Source of the DNA: Clostridia bacterium
GTDB lineage: Bacteria; Bacillota; Clostridia; Oscillospirales; RGIG8002
Length of the DNA: 55,085 nt
Assembly: GCA_017616855.1 (NCBI GenBank)
Contig: JAFZXI010000033.1
Coordinates: 1 to 55,085, forward strand
Direction: 5' to 3'
Shown: positions 16,473 to 25,479 of the stretch, one piece after another
Position numbering within the stretch: the stretch's first letter is position 1
Layout of the letters: the number at the start of each line of letters is the position of its first letter
Notes under the pieces: generated by a model
Told to the model about the DNA's origin: nothing
The model's database searches: none
Seen by the model: the letters and a program-made list of their open reading frames with translations, nothing else
Program-made: the position numbers and the translations under genes

Positions 16473-19208
16473 TTAAAGCGACTCCGTCAGTTTCGCGGCG
16501 ACGCGCAGTATGGCGAGCGCGTCCGCTACCGTTATGCTTCCGTCGCCGTCGGTGTCGCCGAGGCGCAGGTCGCGCCCGGTCGGCTCAACGAGCCGCGCCG
16601 CTATGCGCAGCGCAGCAAGCGCGTCCGCGACGGTTATCTCGCCGTCGCCGTCAAGGTCGCCGCACATTTCGTTGCCGGCAATCGTGAACTCCACGATCTC
16701 GACCTTGCCGTAAATGCGGACGATCAGCTGATATTCGCCCGGCGCGGTGAGTTTTGTCCCCGACTCCGCCGGAGCGTAGTTCATCTCCGCGAACTCGCAC
16801 TGCCCCCAAGCGGGCGTAACCCCCTCCGTCTGCGAATAGACGCCGCCGTCCTCGACACCGGAAATCACCGGCGCGGGAACGGGCTGCGTATTCGAACTGC
16901 CGCCTACGAGGGCGACCTTCGCCAGAAAGTCATCGTGTCGCAGGACGCGGCCGATATACGCCTCGTCCAGCTTCGCGGAGCGGAGCGCGGCGTCGACCTC
17001 GTCGGCGTAGTCGCCGCAAACGGGCGCGGCGTCGTTCATCGAGTTGCGCATCTGCATCAGTTTCAGCCAACCCGCCTCCTCATAGAGCACCTTTGCGGCT
17101 TTGTAGCTGAACGCGGCGTTTACCGCGGCGAACGCGGAAGCGGCTTCTTCCGCGGTAAGCGCGGTCTTATACACGCCGGCGTTGAATATCATTCCCGCGA
17201 AGCCGTCCGAGCCGTTCGACTGCTTCGCGCCGAGAACGAAGGGCGCGGTGGTCGTATACGACGGCGCGCCGGCGGACGCCTCCGCCGCCTTTTCGCCGTT
17301 CACCAGGAGCGCCGCCTTGCCGGAACCGAGCGTCAGCACGGCGTGATACAGCGCGCCGGACGCCGCCTTCGTCCCGCTTTTCAGCGTGACGAGCCCGGAT
17401 TTCGTATATACCTCGGCGCAGATGAAGCCGTTGCCGTCAATGAATATCGCGTAGCCCTTGCTCTGCTTCTCGCAACTGAGTATGTACTGTGCCGCTTCCT
17501 CGGAACCGGCTGCGCCGGCGCCCGCGAGGAAAAGCGCCTCCGCGGTGAACGCCTGCGCCGTCATCGAATAGACCGACGCGGGCGCGGAAACAACAACGCG
17601 TCCGCCGTCCGCGCAGTCGAACGCGCTCTTGCCGCAGAACTCCATCGACACGCTTCCGCCCGAAGCGGAGACGGCGGCGTTCAGCGCGGTCGCGTTGCGC
17701 GCGTCACCGGTAATGAAGTCGACGTTCAGCAGATTTCCGCCCGGCGCCGCGGCGTAGTCCGAACCCGGCGCGACGGTGTTGTAAACGAGCGGCACAGACT
17801 TCTTGCCGTAGCTGTCGACGGCGGTTATCGTTATCTCGTATTCGGTATCGCTCATCAAATAGGTCGGTATCTTTTTCGTATACTCCTTCGGGAAGTCGGC
17901 GACGCGGTCGTAAAGGTAGAAATCGGAATACGCCTTCGCCGAAGTGAGCATGCCCGACGGGATCCCGCGCACCGTGAACTCATAGTGCTGCACCATCTCG
18001 TCGTCCTGCGCGGCGGTGAAGGTCACGGCGAGCGCGGACGCCTCCTGCTTCACGGAAACCGCGGCGTCCGCCGGGAACGCCGGCGCTTCGTTCGTCAGCG
18101 CGACGCAGTCGGGGTCGTAACGGCGCAGGTGCGTTTTGTTTTCAAGGTCGGGCGCATCGATGTAGAGGTAATCCTTTATCATTTTGCCGCTGTTGAAATC
18201 GATGCGCGTCAGCCGCAGGTTGCCGTTGGCGTCCGCCTGCACGAGCATACCGTCGGAGGTCGAGTAGGATTCCGCGACCTTCAGCCCGTCCATATCGAGA
18301 TAGCCGCCTTCTATGCACATAAACGCGACGTTGCCGGGGTTGACGACCGTGAAATCCTTCTGGTATACCGTCGTATTCGTGAAGTTCGGGGTGTGGTAGT
18401 GTCCGGTGAAGGCGACGACCTCGGGGTAATCGGCGAGCACGTCGGAAACGTTATAACACGCATACCGGTAATCCGAGCACCAGGTGGTGTTCGCGATCTG
18501 CGGATGCATATAGACGAAGATATGGCGTCCGGGCGCGTCCGCGCGGGCTTCCGCGAGGGCGGAGCGCAGCCAGTCGAGGTTCTCCTGCGTGAACTCCGCG
18601 CCGCGCGAGGTGTAATAATCCATCATGGCGACGCCGATAAAATGATAGCCGTTTATCACCGCGTGGCGATTGCCCTGAAGCGGCTGCGCGGACGGCAGAT
18701 CGTTCTCAGTGTAGCAGGCGAGGTCGCCGAAAAAAGCGGACATCCATTCGGGGTGGTCGCTGATCGCGTCGTGGTTCCCGGAAACAAAGAATACCGGCGT
18801 ATCGGGGATATCTTCGTTATTCACCTTTATGAATTCGGCGGTCGTCGGCGCGTTGTATTCGAGCTCGCAGATGTCGCCCGCTATCGTAAGCGCGTCGAGC
18901 GTGCCGCCGGCGAACTTCTTGAGCCCCGTCAGCGCCTGACGGTAAAGCCGGGTTGCGGAGCTGTTATCCTCGGGCGTGATGTGGATATCCGCTATCGCGC
19001 CGAAGGTGAAGGCGATATTCGATGCGTCGAACGCGGGCGCGACGTCATTCCGAGAGAGAGTATAGAACGAGGAATCCCCCTCCCCCTGCAGCACTTCGGA
19101 AGCGGCGGGGGATCCTTCGACTCCGCGGCTTTGAGCCGCTTCGCTCAGGATGATGGGCGATGAAGCCGCGAGCGCGGCGGTAAGCATAATGGCAAGCAAT
19201 TTCTTCAT
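16473..19208 (-). CDS. secreted metallophosphoesterase - LamG/ConA-like - dockerin protein
   Basis: Signal peptide MKKLLAIMLTAALAAS. Motifs GDICE, SGNHD and FTGHYH. LamG-like region (LLVNGEKAAE). C-terminal GDLDGDGEITVADALAALRIAARL and GDTDGDGSITVADALAILRVAAKL. Paralog of 45690-48467. Confidence 0.85.
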   Translation of the reverse strand: MKKLLAIMLTAALAASSPIILSEAAQSRGVEGSPAASEVLQGEGDSSFYTLSRNDVAPAFDASNIAFTFGAIADIHITPEDNSSATRLYRQALTGLKKFAGGTLDALTIAGDICELEYNAPTTAEFIKVNNEDIPDTPVFFVSGNHDAISDHPEWMSAFFGDLACYTENDLPSAQPLQGNRHAVINGYHFIGVAMMDYYTSRGAEFTQENLDWLRSALAEARADAPGRHIFVYMHPQIANTTWCSDYRYACYNVSDVLADYPEVVAFTGHYHTPNFTNTTVYQKDFTVVNPGNVAFMCIEGGYLDMDGLKVAESYSTSDGMLVQADANGNLRLTRIDFNSGKMIKDYLYIDAPDLENKTHLRRYDPDCVALTNEAPAFPADAAVSVKQEASALAVTFTAAQDDEMVQHYEFTVRGIPSGMLTSAKAYSDFYLYDRVADFPKEYTKKIPTYLMSDTEYEITITAVDSYGKKSVPLVYNTVAPGSDYAAAPGGNLLNVDFITGDARNATALNAAVSASGGSVSMEFCGKSAFDCADGGRVVVSAPASVYSMTAQAFTAEALFLAGAGAAGSEEAAQYILSCEKQSKGYAIFIDGNGFICAEVYTKSGLVTLKSGTKAASGALYHAVLTLGSGKAALLVNGEKAAEASAGAPSYTTTAPFVLGAKQSNGSDGFAGMIFNAGVYKTALTAEEAASAFAAVNAAFSYKAAKVLYEEAGWLKLMQMRNSMNDAAPVCGDYADEVDAALRSAKLDEAYIGRVLRHDDFLAKVALVGGSSNTQPVPAPVISGVEDGGVYSQTEGVTPAWGQCEFAEMNYAPAESGTKLTAPGEYQLIVRIYGKVEIVEFTIAGNEMCGDLDGDGEITVADALAALRIAARLVEPTGRDLRLGDTDGDGSITVADALAILRVAAKLTESL
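19107..19154. repeat. GGGGATCCTTCG-[hairpin]-CGCTCAGGATGA element, copy B (inside CDS, just after the signal peptide)
   Basis: gggggatccttcgactccgcggctttgagccgcttcgctcaggatgat. Translated as IILSEAAQSRGVEGSP. Confidence 0.7.
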
Positions 19209-19247
19209 ACGTCCTCCTTTACGGAAAATGGCGGAACTTATGGCTAT

Positions 19248-19276
19248 ATTATAGCGCGGGAAAGCTCATTTCGCAA
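19248..19276 (-). promoter_or_regulatory. sigma-A type promoter of the 911-aa dockerin gene
   Basis: Minus strand reads TTGCGA - 17 nt - TATAAT, about 40 nt upstream of the start codon at 19208. Confidence 0.6.
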
Positions 19277-19313
19277 GCAAAAGTTGCGGTGCTCGAGATT
19301 TTGCGCATAATTC

Positions 19314-19343
19314 AAAACGGCTTCCCGATTGGGAAGCCGTTTT
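19314..19343 (-). terminator. terminator of the nucleoside ABC operon (bidirectional hairpin)
   Basis: 13-bp stem aaaacggcttccc / gggaagccgtttt with loop gatt. On the minus strand it is followed by TTTTGAATTAT. Confidence 0.75.
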
Positions 19344-19353
19344 GTTCCTTCAC

Positions 19354-19462
19354 GTCGCCAAAGGCGACAATTCATGCGCCGGAAGGCGCAAATCATGACG
19401 GCAAAGCCGTCAATTCATGCAAGCGAAGCTTGCAAATCATGCAAATCGGCTCCGCCGATTTG
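19354..19462. repeat. hairpin/linker array 2
   Basis: GTTCCTTCACG lead, then gtcgcc-aaa-ggcgac AATTCATG; cgcc-ggaa-ggcg CAAATCATG; acggc-aaa-gccgt CAATTCATG; caagc-gaa-gcttg CAAATCATG; caaatcggc-tcc-gccgatttg. Ends 2 nt from the permease stop codon. Confidence 0.85.
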
Positions 19463-19463
19463 C

Positions 19464-20450
19464 CTAGCGTTCTTCGCGGAAGTAGGTTACGCCCAGCGAA
19501 GCGGGACCGAGATTCTCCTTCTTCTTGCGGAAGCTGACGATTATCAGAACGACAATCGTTATGATATACGGCAGCATCTGCGTCAGGTCGGTCGAAAGCT
19601 CGACGCCGAGCAACTCGGGGATATAGAGATAGCCCCAATAGAAGATACCGAATATCAGCGAGCCCCAGAGGAGGTTCAGCGGCTTCCAGAACGAGAATAT
19701 GACGAGCGCGACCGCGAGCCAGCCGAACGCCTGGATCGTGATGAGGTCCGCCGTCGCCCAGGCGCCGCTCTTGAACTCCATGACGCAGTAGACTCCGGCG
19801 AGACCGGTGATGCCGCTGCCGACGCACGCCGCGACGTATTTATAGCGCGTTACGTTGATGCCCGCGGCGTCCGCGGTCGAGGGCGATTCGCCGACGGCGC
19901 GGAGGTTGAGTCCGACTCTCGACTTGTTGAATACGATTGTCAGTATTATCGCGAGCGCTATCGTGAAATAGAGCATGAAGCCGTAGCCGAAAAGCAGATC
20001 CGAAACGACTCCGAGCTTCTCCGAAAGGAACGGTATGCGCGCGGTAAACACGGTGTTCGCGGAATCGCAGCGGACGTTGCCCGATTCCGACTTGATGAAG
20101 AATATCGACAGGAACTCCGCGAGTCCGCATCCGAGGATAGTCAGCACGAGGCCGACGACGTTCTGGTTTATCCTCATCGTGACGGTGAAGAAGCTGTAAA
20201 TCAGTCCCATCAGCGCCGACGCGGCGAAAGCGGTCAGGAGCGTCAGCAAAAGAATCATTATAAAGCTCGGATTTTCAACCGCGCTGCAGTAGCGGAAGGC
20301 GGCGATGAATCCCGCCGCGGCTCCGACGCACATCGTGCCGGGAGTTCCGAGGTTGAGACCGCCCGATTTCTCGGTCAGCAGCTCGCCCATCGCGGCGAGG
20401 GCGATGAAAGCGGCGAACGCGATCGCCTTCTGAATCCAGTAAAGAATCAT
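19464..20450 (-). CDS. ABC transporter permease (BMP/nucleoside type, NupQ-like)
   Basis: 328 aa polytopic membrane protein. 4-nt overlap with the upstream permease gene. Confidence 0.8.
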   Translation of the reverse strand: MILYWIQKAIAFAAFIALAAMGELLTEKSGGLNLGTPGTMCVGAAAGFIAAFRYCSAVENPSFIMILLLTLLTAFAASALMGLIYSFFTVTMRINQNVVGLVLTILGCGLAEFLSIFFIKSESGNVRCDSANTVFTARIPFLSEKLGVVSDLLFGYGFMLYFTIALAIILTIVFNKSRVGLNLRAVGESPSTADAAGINVTRYKYVAACVGSGITGLAGVYCVMEFKSGAWATADLITIQAFGWLAVALVIFSFWKPLNLLWGSLIFGIFYWGYLYIPELLGVELSTDLTQMLPYIITIVVLIIVSFRKKKENLGPASLGVTYFREER

Positions 20451-21640
20451 GCTTCGACCGCCTCCTTCTGCGCCTTACGCGAACGGAAGACGACTTTGTA
20501 ATTGATAAAGAACTCGCACCCGATAACGAACAGCAGCATCACGCCGACGATTATCTTGCCGAAAGCGATCGAATAGCCGAGGTCGTTATAGGTGTTCGAC
20601 ATCAGCGCCGAGCCGTTTTCGAGCGCGACTATCAGCATTGAGACGCCTATCATCGTGAACGTGTTGAACTTCGACAGCCAGGCGACTATTATCGCGGTAA
20701 AACCGTAGCCGCTCGCGAGGTTCGAGTTCACGGTGTGACTCTGCGAGGTGACGCAGAGGAAACCGCACAGTCCGCAAAGCGCGCCCGAGAGCGCCATCGA
20801 GCGTATGATTACCTTTTTAACGCTGATGCCGGCGTATTTGGCGGTGTTCTGTGAGTCTCCGACGACGGCTATCTCGTAGCCGTGCTTGGTGAGGCGCAGA
20901 TAATAATACATCAGCACCGCGATTATTATTACGGTGATTATGAAGATCAGGTCCTCGTTCTTGTACCAGGCAGCTTCGCCGCCTTTCCATATCGATCTGA
21001 TCCAGCCGGCTTCGGAATCGCCGTTGATGATGCCGAGCGCGGATTTCGGACCTCTCCATTTATTGAAGAAGAAGTCGACCACCTTCATAACGATATAGTT
21101 CATCATCAGCGTGAACAGGGTCTCGTTCGTACCCCATTTCGCCTTGAACAGCGCGGGGATTATGCCCCAGATCGCTCCGCTTATCAGACTGACGCCGAGC
21201 ATCAGCGGAAGCAGGATATACGGCTGCAGATTCGGATAGTTGAACATTATATACGCCGCGGAGATGGCGCCCGCGAGGAACTGTCCCTCCGCGCCGATGT
21301 TCCAGAACTTCATCTTGAAAGCCGGAGCGAGAGCGACCGCGAGAAGCAGCAGCTTGCAGCCGGTCTTGACGGTCGTCCAGAAATAACTCGAAGTGAAAAT
21401 GCGCCAGAACGAATTGAAGTCGGACGCGTTACCGAGTCTTTGTATGCCGAGCGAGCCCGTGAACATCGTCTTCAAAAACGTGAGCGGGTCGACTCCGATC
21501 ATTATCCAGACGATGATCGCGCAGAACAATACCGCGACCACGAACGCGCCCGCTCTTATAAGAAGCCCCGCAAGGGTGGATATGGGAGCGCGTTTCGTCA
21601 GATGTATGAACGGCTCGCGGTCACTTTTCCTGACTGTCAT
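20447..21640 (-). CDS. ABC transporter permease (BMP/nucleoside type, NupP-like)
   Basis: 397 aa polytopic membrane protein. Overlaps the ATPase gene by 20 nt. Confidence 0.8.
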   Translation of the reverse strand: MTVRKSDREPFIHLTKRAPISTLAGLLIRAGAFVVAVLFCAIIVWIMIGVDPLTFLKTMFTGSLGIQRLGNASDFNSFWRIFTSSYFWTTVKTGCKLLLLAVALAPAFKMKFWNIGAEGQFLAGAISAAYIMFNYPNLQPYILLPLMLGVSLISGAIWGIIPALFKAKWGTNETLFTLMMNYIVMKVVDFFFNKWRGPKSALGIINGDSEAGWIRSIWKGGEAAWYKNEDLIFIITVIIIAVLMYYYLRLTKHGYEIAVVGDSQNTAKYAGISVKKVIIRSMALSGALCGLCGFLCVTSQSHTVNSNLASGYGFTAIIVAWLSKFNTFTMIGVSMLIVALENGSALMSNTYNDLGYSIAFGKIIVGVMLLFVIGCEFFINYKVVFRSRKAQKEAVEA

Positions 21641-23192
21641 CTGCGTCCCCTCCTTCCTTTGCGTCGGGCAGATTTGTCATAAGGTAACCGACCTGCTCTT
21701 TTGTGGCGGTTCGCGCGTCGAGCACGCCGCTGATATGTCCTCCGCACAGGACGAGTATCCTGTCCGAAAGCGCGAGAAGCACGTCGAGCTCTTCGCCGAC
21801 GAATATAACGGCGACGCCCTTCTGCTTTTGCTCGTTGAGCAGATCGTAAATTACGTAAGAGGTGTTTATATCAAGACCTCTGACCGCGTATGCGGTCATG
21901 AGGACCGTCGGCGCCGAAGCGAGTTCCCTGCCGACGAGCACCTTCTGGACGTTGCCGCCGGAAAGCGTTCGCACGGGGGTGGAAATCGACGGAGTCACGA
22001 CTCCGAGCTCGTCGCGGATACGCTCCGCGAGCTCCTTCGACGGTTTCTTGTCGGTCAGCGGCGACGAGCCGCGGTTATAATCCTTGAGCAGCATGTTATC
22101 GACCATGCCCATTCCGCCGACGAGTCCCATGCCGAGACGGTCTTCGGGAACGAAGGAGAGCGATACGCCCATTTTGCGTATCTGTTTGGGGGATTTGCCG
22201 ATAAGCGTTTCCGTCTCCCCCGAAGGATGGGTATACGTTATTTCGGCTCCCGGCTCGACGTGCTGGAGTCCCGCTATCGCTTCGAGAAGCTCCTTCTGTC
22301 CGCAGCCGGAGATGCCGGCTATGCCGAGTATCTCGCCCGAATACGCCTCGAAGGAAACGTTTTTCAGCACTTCGATATTGTCGGCGTTTTTGCAGGAAAG
22401 CCCTGAAACTTTAAGACGGAGGGAGCGGTCCTTGACTTCGGGACGGTCGATATTGAGCTCGACCTTCTTGCCGACCATCATTTCGGTAAGCGAAGCGACG
22501 GTCGCTTCCGACGTTTTGACCGTGGCGATATATTCGCCCTTGCGCAGAATGGCGACTCTGTCGGAGATCGCGAGGACCTCCTGCAGCTTATGCGTGATTA
22601 TGATTATCGTCTTCCCCGCCGCCTGCATGTTGCGTATGACCGAAAACAGCTTTTCGGTCTCCTGCGGAGTAAGAACGGCGGTCGGCTCGTCGAGAATCAG
22701 TATCTCGGCGCCTCTGTAAAGCGCCTTGACTATCTCGAGCGTCTGCTTTTGCGAGACGGTCATATCGTAGACCTTCTGATCGGGATCGACGTCAAAACCG
22801 TATTCCTCGCAGATATCGCGGATACGCTTCGCGGCGGCCTTGAGATCGAAGCCGCCTTTTTCTTTCAGTCCGAGCACGACGTTCTCCGTCGCCGTGAAAA
22901 CGTCGACGAGTTTGAAGTGCTGGTGTATCATGCAGATACCCAGCGCGTAAGCGTCGTGAGGGCTCTTTATCGAAACGTGCCTGCCTCTGACGTAGATCTC
23001 TCCGGAATCGGGATAGTAGATGCCCGAAAGCATGTTCAGCAGCGTGGTCTTTCCGCTTCCGTTCTCTCCGAGGAGCGCAAGGACTTCACCGTCGAGAACG
23101 TCCATCGAGATATTGTCGTTTGCGAGCACTTTGTTTCCGAAGCGCTTTGTTATCCCTTTTAACCGTATGACCGGCGTGCGCTGTTCGTTCAT
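21621..23192 (-). CDS. ABC transporter ATP-binding protein with duplicated ATPase domains
   Basis: Walker A GENGSGKTT and signature LSGGNVQK. Second domain has GISGCGQKE. Its 523 aa are typical of the CUT2/nucleoside class. Confidence 0.9.
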   Translation of the reverse strand: MNEQRTPVIRLKGITKRFGNKVLANDNISMDVLDGEVLALLGENGSGKTTLLNMLSGIYYPDSGEIYVRGRHVSIKSPHDAYALGICMIHQHFKLVDVFTATENVVLGLKEKGGFDLKAAAKRIRDICEEYGFDVDPDQKVYDMTVSQKQTLEIVKALYRGAEILILDEPTAVLTPQETEKLFSVIRNMQAAGKTIIIITHKLQEVLAISDRVAILRKGEYIATVKTSEATVASLTEMMVGKKVELNIDRPEVKDRSLRLKVSGLSCKNADNIEVLKNVSFEAYSGEILGIAGISGCGQKELLEAIAGLQHVEPGAEITYTHPSGETETLIGKSPKQIRKMGVSLSFVPEDRLGMGLVGGMGMVDNMLLKDYNRGSSPLTDKKPSKELAERIRDELGVVTPSISTPVRTLSGGNVQKVLVGRELASAPTVLMTAYAVRGLDINTSYVIYDLLNEQKQKGVAVIFVGEELDVLLALSDRILVLCGGHISGVLDARTATKEQVGYLMTNLPDAKEGGDADDSQEK

Positions 23193-23225
23193 TTCTTCCT
23201 CCGAGGTGTGTGGGTCCGTAAATGA

Positions 23226-23252
23226 GGGAAGCCGCCGGTCCGGCGGCTTCCC
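23226..23252 (-). promoter_or_regulatory. intercistronic stem-loop after the binding-protein gene
   Basis: 12-bp stem gggaagccgccg / cggcggcttccc with a 3-nt loop. Only a weak U tail on the minus strand. Confidence 0.5.
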
Positions 23253-23268
23253 TCGATCGACAGTAAGA

Positions 23269-24513
23269 TTAGTTGAGTTCGGTGATGCCGTCTATGCGCA
23301 GGTTGAACGCGGGCGCGCTGCGGACGTCGGACTCGTGATAGTAGCCGTCGTAAACAACGTTGTCCTTGTCGTTGACCCAGTCGCCGTCGGTATCGGTAGC
23401 GAACGCTTCGGTGACTTCGGCGCCGCCGACCGTGAAGGTGGAGGTGTCGAATACCTTGAGCTCGCCGGACTTAATCTTCGCGATGGTCTCGTCGACCTTC
23501 TCCTGGGTGCCTTCGGCAACGGAGGTGCCGAGCTCGGTGATGGCGACGGCATCCTGGTTGTAACCCTCGGCCCAGTTGGTCGGGATGTTCTCGCCCTTGA
23601 GCGCCTTCTCAAAAGCGAACTTGTAGTAAACCTTCCAGTTGTTTGAAGCGGAGGTGAGCGCCGCATCCGGAGCAGCGTCGAGCATGGAGACGTTGTAGCC
23701 GACGGAGTAGACGACTTCGCCCTTCTTGAAAGCTTCCTGGACAGCGGTGGGTGCGCCGGCGGAGTCGGCGTGCTGACCGATGATGATGCAGCCCCTGTTC
23801 ATGAGCAGCTCAGCGGCGGCCTTCTCTTTGTCGAAATCGAACCAGCTGGAGGTGTACTGAACGTCCATGACAATGTTCGGAACGATGGACTTGATGCCGA
23901 GATAGAAAGCGGTGTAACCGGAAACGACTTCGGCGTAAGGATAAGCGCCGACGTAGCCGATGCGGATGTTGTCGCCGTCCTTGTTCTTATCGGCGACCTT
24001 GCCGGCGTCGATGAGCTCCTGGAGCTTCAGACCGGCAACTACGCCGGAGACGTAGCGGGATTCATAAACGCGGGTGAAGGCGTTGCTGAAGTTGTCGAGG
24101 CCGTTCTTGTCGGCGGTGTCGCCGGTCATGGAGACGAAGTGAATGTCGGGATTCTCCTTCGCAAGACCGAGCATATAGTCCTGATGACCGTAAGAATTGG
24201 AGAAGATGTAAGTGCATCCGTCGTTAATGAGCTGCTTGCCGGCTTCGGTAACGGCGTCGGTCTCTTCAATCTTGTACTTCCAGATAAGCTGGTCGTCCGC
24301 GATGCCGAGTTCCTTAGCGGCGTCCTTAATGCCGTCCATATGGGCCTTGGTGTAGCCCTCGGTGTCGTCACCGACAAGGATGAGACCGATCTTCAGATCG
24401 GACGTTACTTCGGTGCCGCTGCCTTCTTCGGTGCTCTTGCCGCAGGCCGCGAGCGCGAAGCAGCAGGACAGAGCGAAGACGAAGACAAGAATGATGCTGA
24501 GAATTCTTTTCAT
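23269..24513 (-). CDS. BMP-family (PnrA/Med-like) nucleoside-binding lipoprotein
   Basis: Lipobox FALAACG. KIGLILVGDDTEGYTKAH and the overall BMP-family pattern. Confidence 0.8.
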   Translation of the reverse strand: MKRILSIILVFVFALSCCFALAACGKSTEEGSGTEVTSDLKIGLILVGDDTEGYTKAHMDGIKDAAKELGIADDQLIWKYKIEETDAVTEAGKQLINDGCTYIFSNSYGHQDYMLGLAKENPDIHFVSMTGDTADKNGLDNFSNAFTRVYESRYVSGVVAGLKLQELIDAGKVADKNKDGDNIRIGYVGAYPYAEVVSGYTAFYLGIKSIVPNIVMDVQYTSSWFDFDKEKAAAELLMNRGCIIIGQHADSAGAPTAVQEAFKKGEVVYSVGYNVSMLDAAPDAALTSASNNWKVYYKFAFEKALKGENIPTNWAEGYNQDAVAITELGTSVAEGTQEKVDETIAKIKSGELKVFDTSTFTVGGAEVTEAFATDTDGDWVNDKDNVVYDGYYHESDVRSAPAFNLRIDGITELN

Positions 24514-24610
24514 GGTTGTTTTCTCCTCTTTCAGAATTTTTGTTTATTTTATCCCGTCGGACCGCACAATCCGAATACGCGGTCCCCGGATTAAAACCTC
24601 AACGCGGGCG

Positions 24611-25183
24611 TCAGCAGAACTCGACGCCGTTTTCTTCGCTCATCGCGCTTATCCGCGCGAGAGACTCGATACGCAGCCCTTCTTTGCGAAGTTCGTCGCC
24701 GCCGGGCTGGAACGCCTTTTCGATGACGATTCCGGCGCCGACCGGGATTCCTCCCGCCTGCAGGACGATGTCGCGCAGGGCGCGCAGGGCGCAGCCGTTA
24801 GCGAGGAAATCGTCGATAAGGAGGACGCGCTCGCCTTTGCCGAGATACTGCTTTGACACCATGACCGTGTTCTCGACGTTGTGGGTGAAGGAAAACGCTT
24901 TCGCCGTCCAGACTTCATTCGACAGATTCGAGGTGCGCGACTTTTTCGCGAACACGAGCGGCTTGCCGAAATACTTTGCGGTCAGTATCGCGACTGCGAT
25001 GCCGGACGCCTCTATCGTGAGTATCTTATCGACGTTTTCGTCTTTGAAAAGACGGAAGAACTCTTTTCCCATCTCGTCGGCGAGAAACGGATCTATCTGA
25101 TGATTGAGGAAGCTGTCTACTTTGAGTATGTCGTTCCCCTTTATGACGCCGTCTTTCTTTATGCGTTCCTCGAGCAGACGCAT
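24611..25183 (-). CDS. xpt: xanthine phosphoribosyltransferase
   Basis: MRLLEERIKKDGVIKGNDILKVDSFLNHQIDP... and the PRPP-binding loop VLLIDDFLANG. Confidence 0.9.
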   Translation of the reverse strand: MRLLEERIKKDGVIKGNDILKVDSFLNHQIDPFLADEMGKEFFRLFKDENVDKILTIEASGIAVAILTAKYFGKPLVFAKKSRTSNLSNEVWTAKAFSFTHNVENTVMVSKQYLGKGERVLLIDDFLANGCALRALRDIVLQAGGIPVGAGIVIEKAFQPGGDELRKEGLRIESLARISAMSEENGVEFC

Positions 25184-25217
25184 TTGTGTTCCTCCCGCTT
25201 TCGCGCAAATGCTTTAC

Positions 25218-25253
25218 ACAAACAAAAACGCACCCATATTGATATACGGGTGC
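25218..25253 (-). terminator. leader terminator upstream of xpt
   Basis: Minus strand reads GCACCC-gtatatcaatat-GGGTGC followed by GTTTTTGTTTGT. Lies 35-70 nt upstream of the xpt start. Confidence 0.65.
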
Positions 25254-25263
25254 AGTTAGGCAG

Positions 25264-25326
25264 TTATTGTGTGCAGACGGGCGCAATGACTCGGTAAAAA
25301 GCGGCTGCGCAGTTGAAAATGGTCAT
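25264..25326 (-). CDS. candidate 20-aa leader peptide (MTIFNCAAAFYRVIAPVCTQ)
   Basis: ATG preceded by AAGGAG with a 9-nt spacer. The stop lies 10 nt before the leader terminator stem. There is no other support. Confidence 0.25.
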   Translation of the reverse strand: MTIFNCAAAFYRVIAPVCTQ

Positions 25327-25387
25327 TCGCCCTCACTCCTTTTTCGATTCCGGAAACGGCGAATGCGCGCTCTTGAAAAGCGCTTTA

Positions 25388-25451
25388 CCAATAGTCGCAA
25401 CTGTGGCGTGCGGTAGAAACATTCGAGCCGTTACTTTCGAACCTATATTGG
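25388..25451 (-). promoter_or_regulatory. purine (guanine-type) riboswitch aptamer
   Basis: Minus strand: P1 CCAATA...TATTGG; P2 GTTCGA..TCGAAT with GG in the loop; conserved J2/3 TGTTTCTAC; P3 CGCA..TGCG with CC in the loop; J3/1 AC (C at the specificity position) immediately before P1. Upstream of xpt. Confidence 0.7.
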
Positions 25452-25479
25452 TCGGTCGGTATTGATTTTCTATGTTTAT

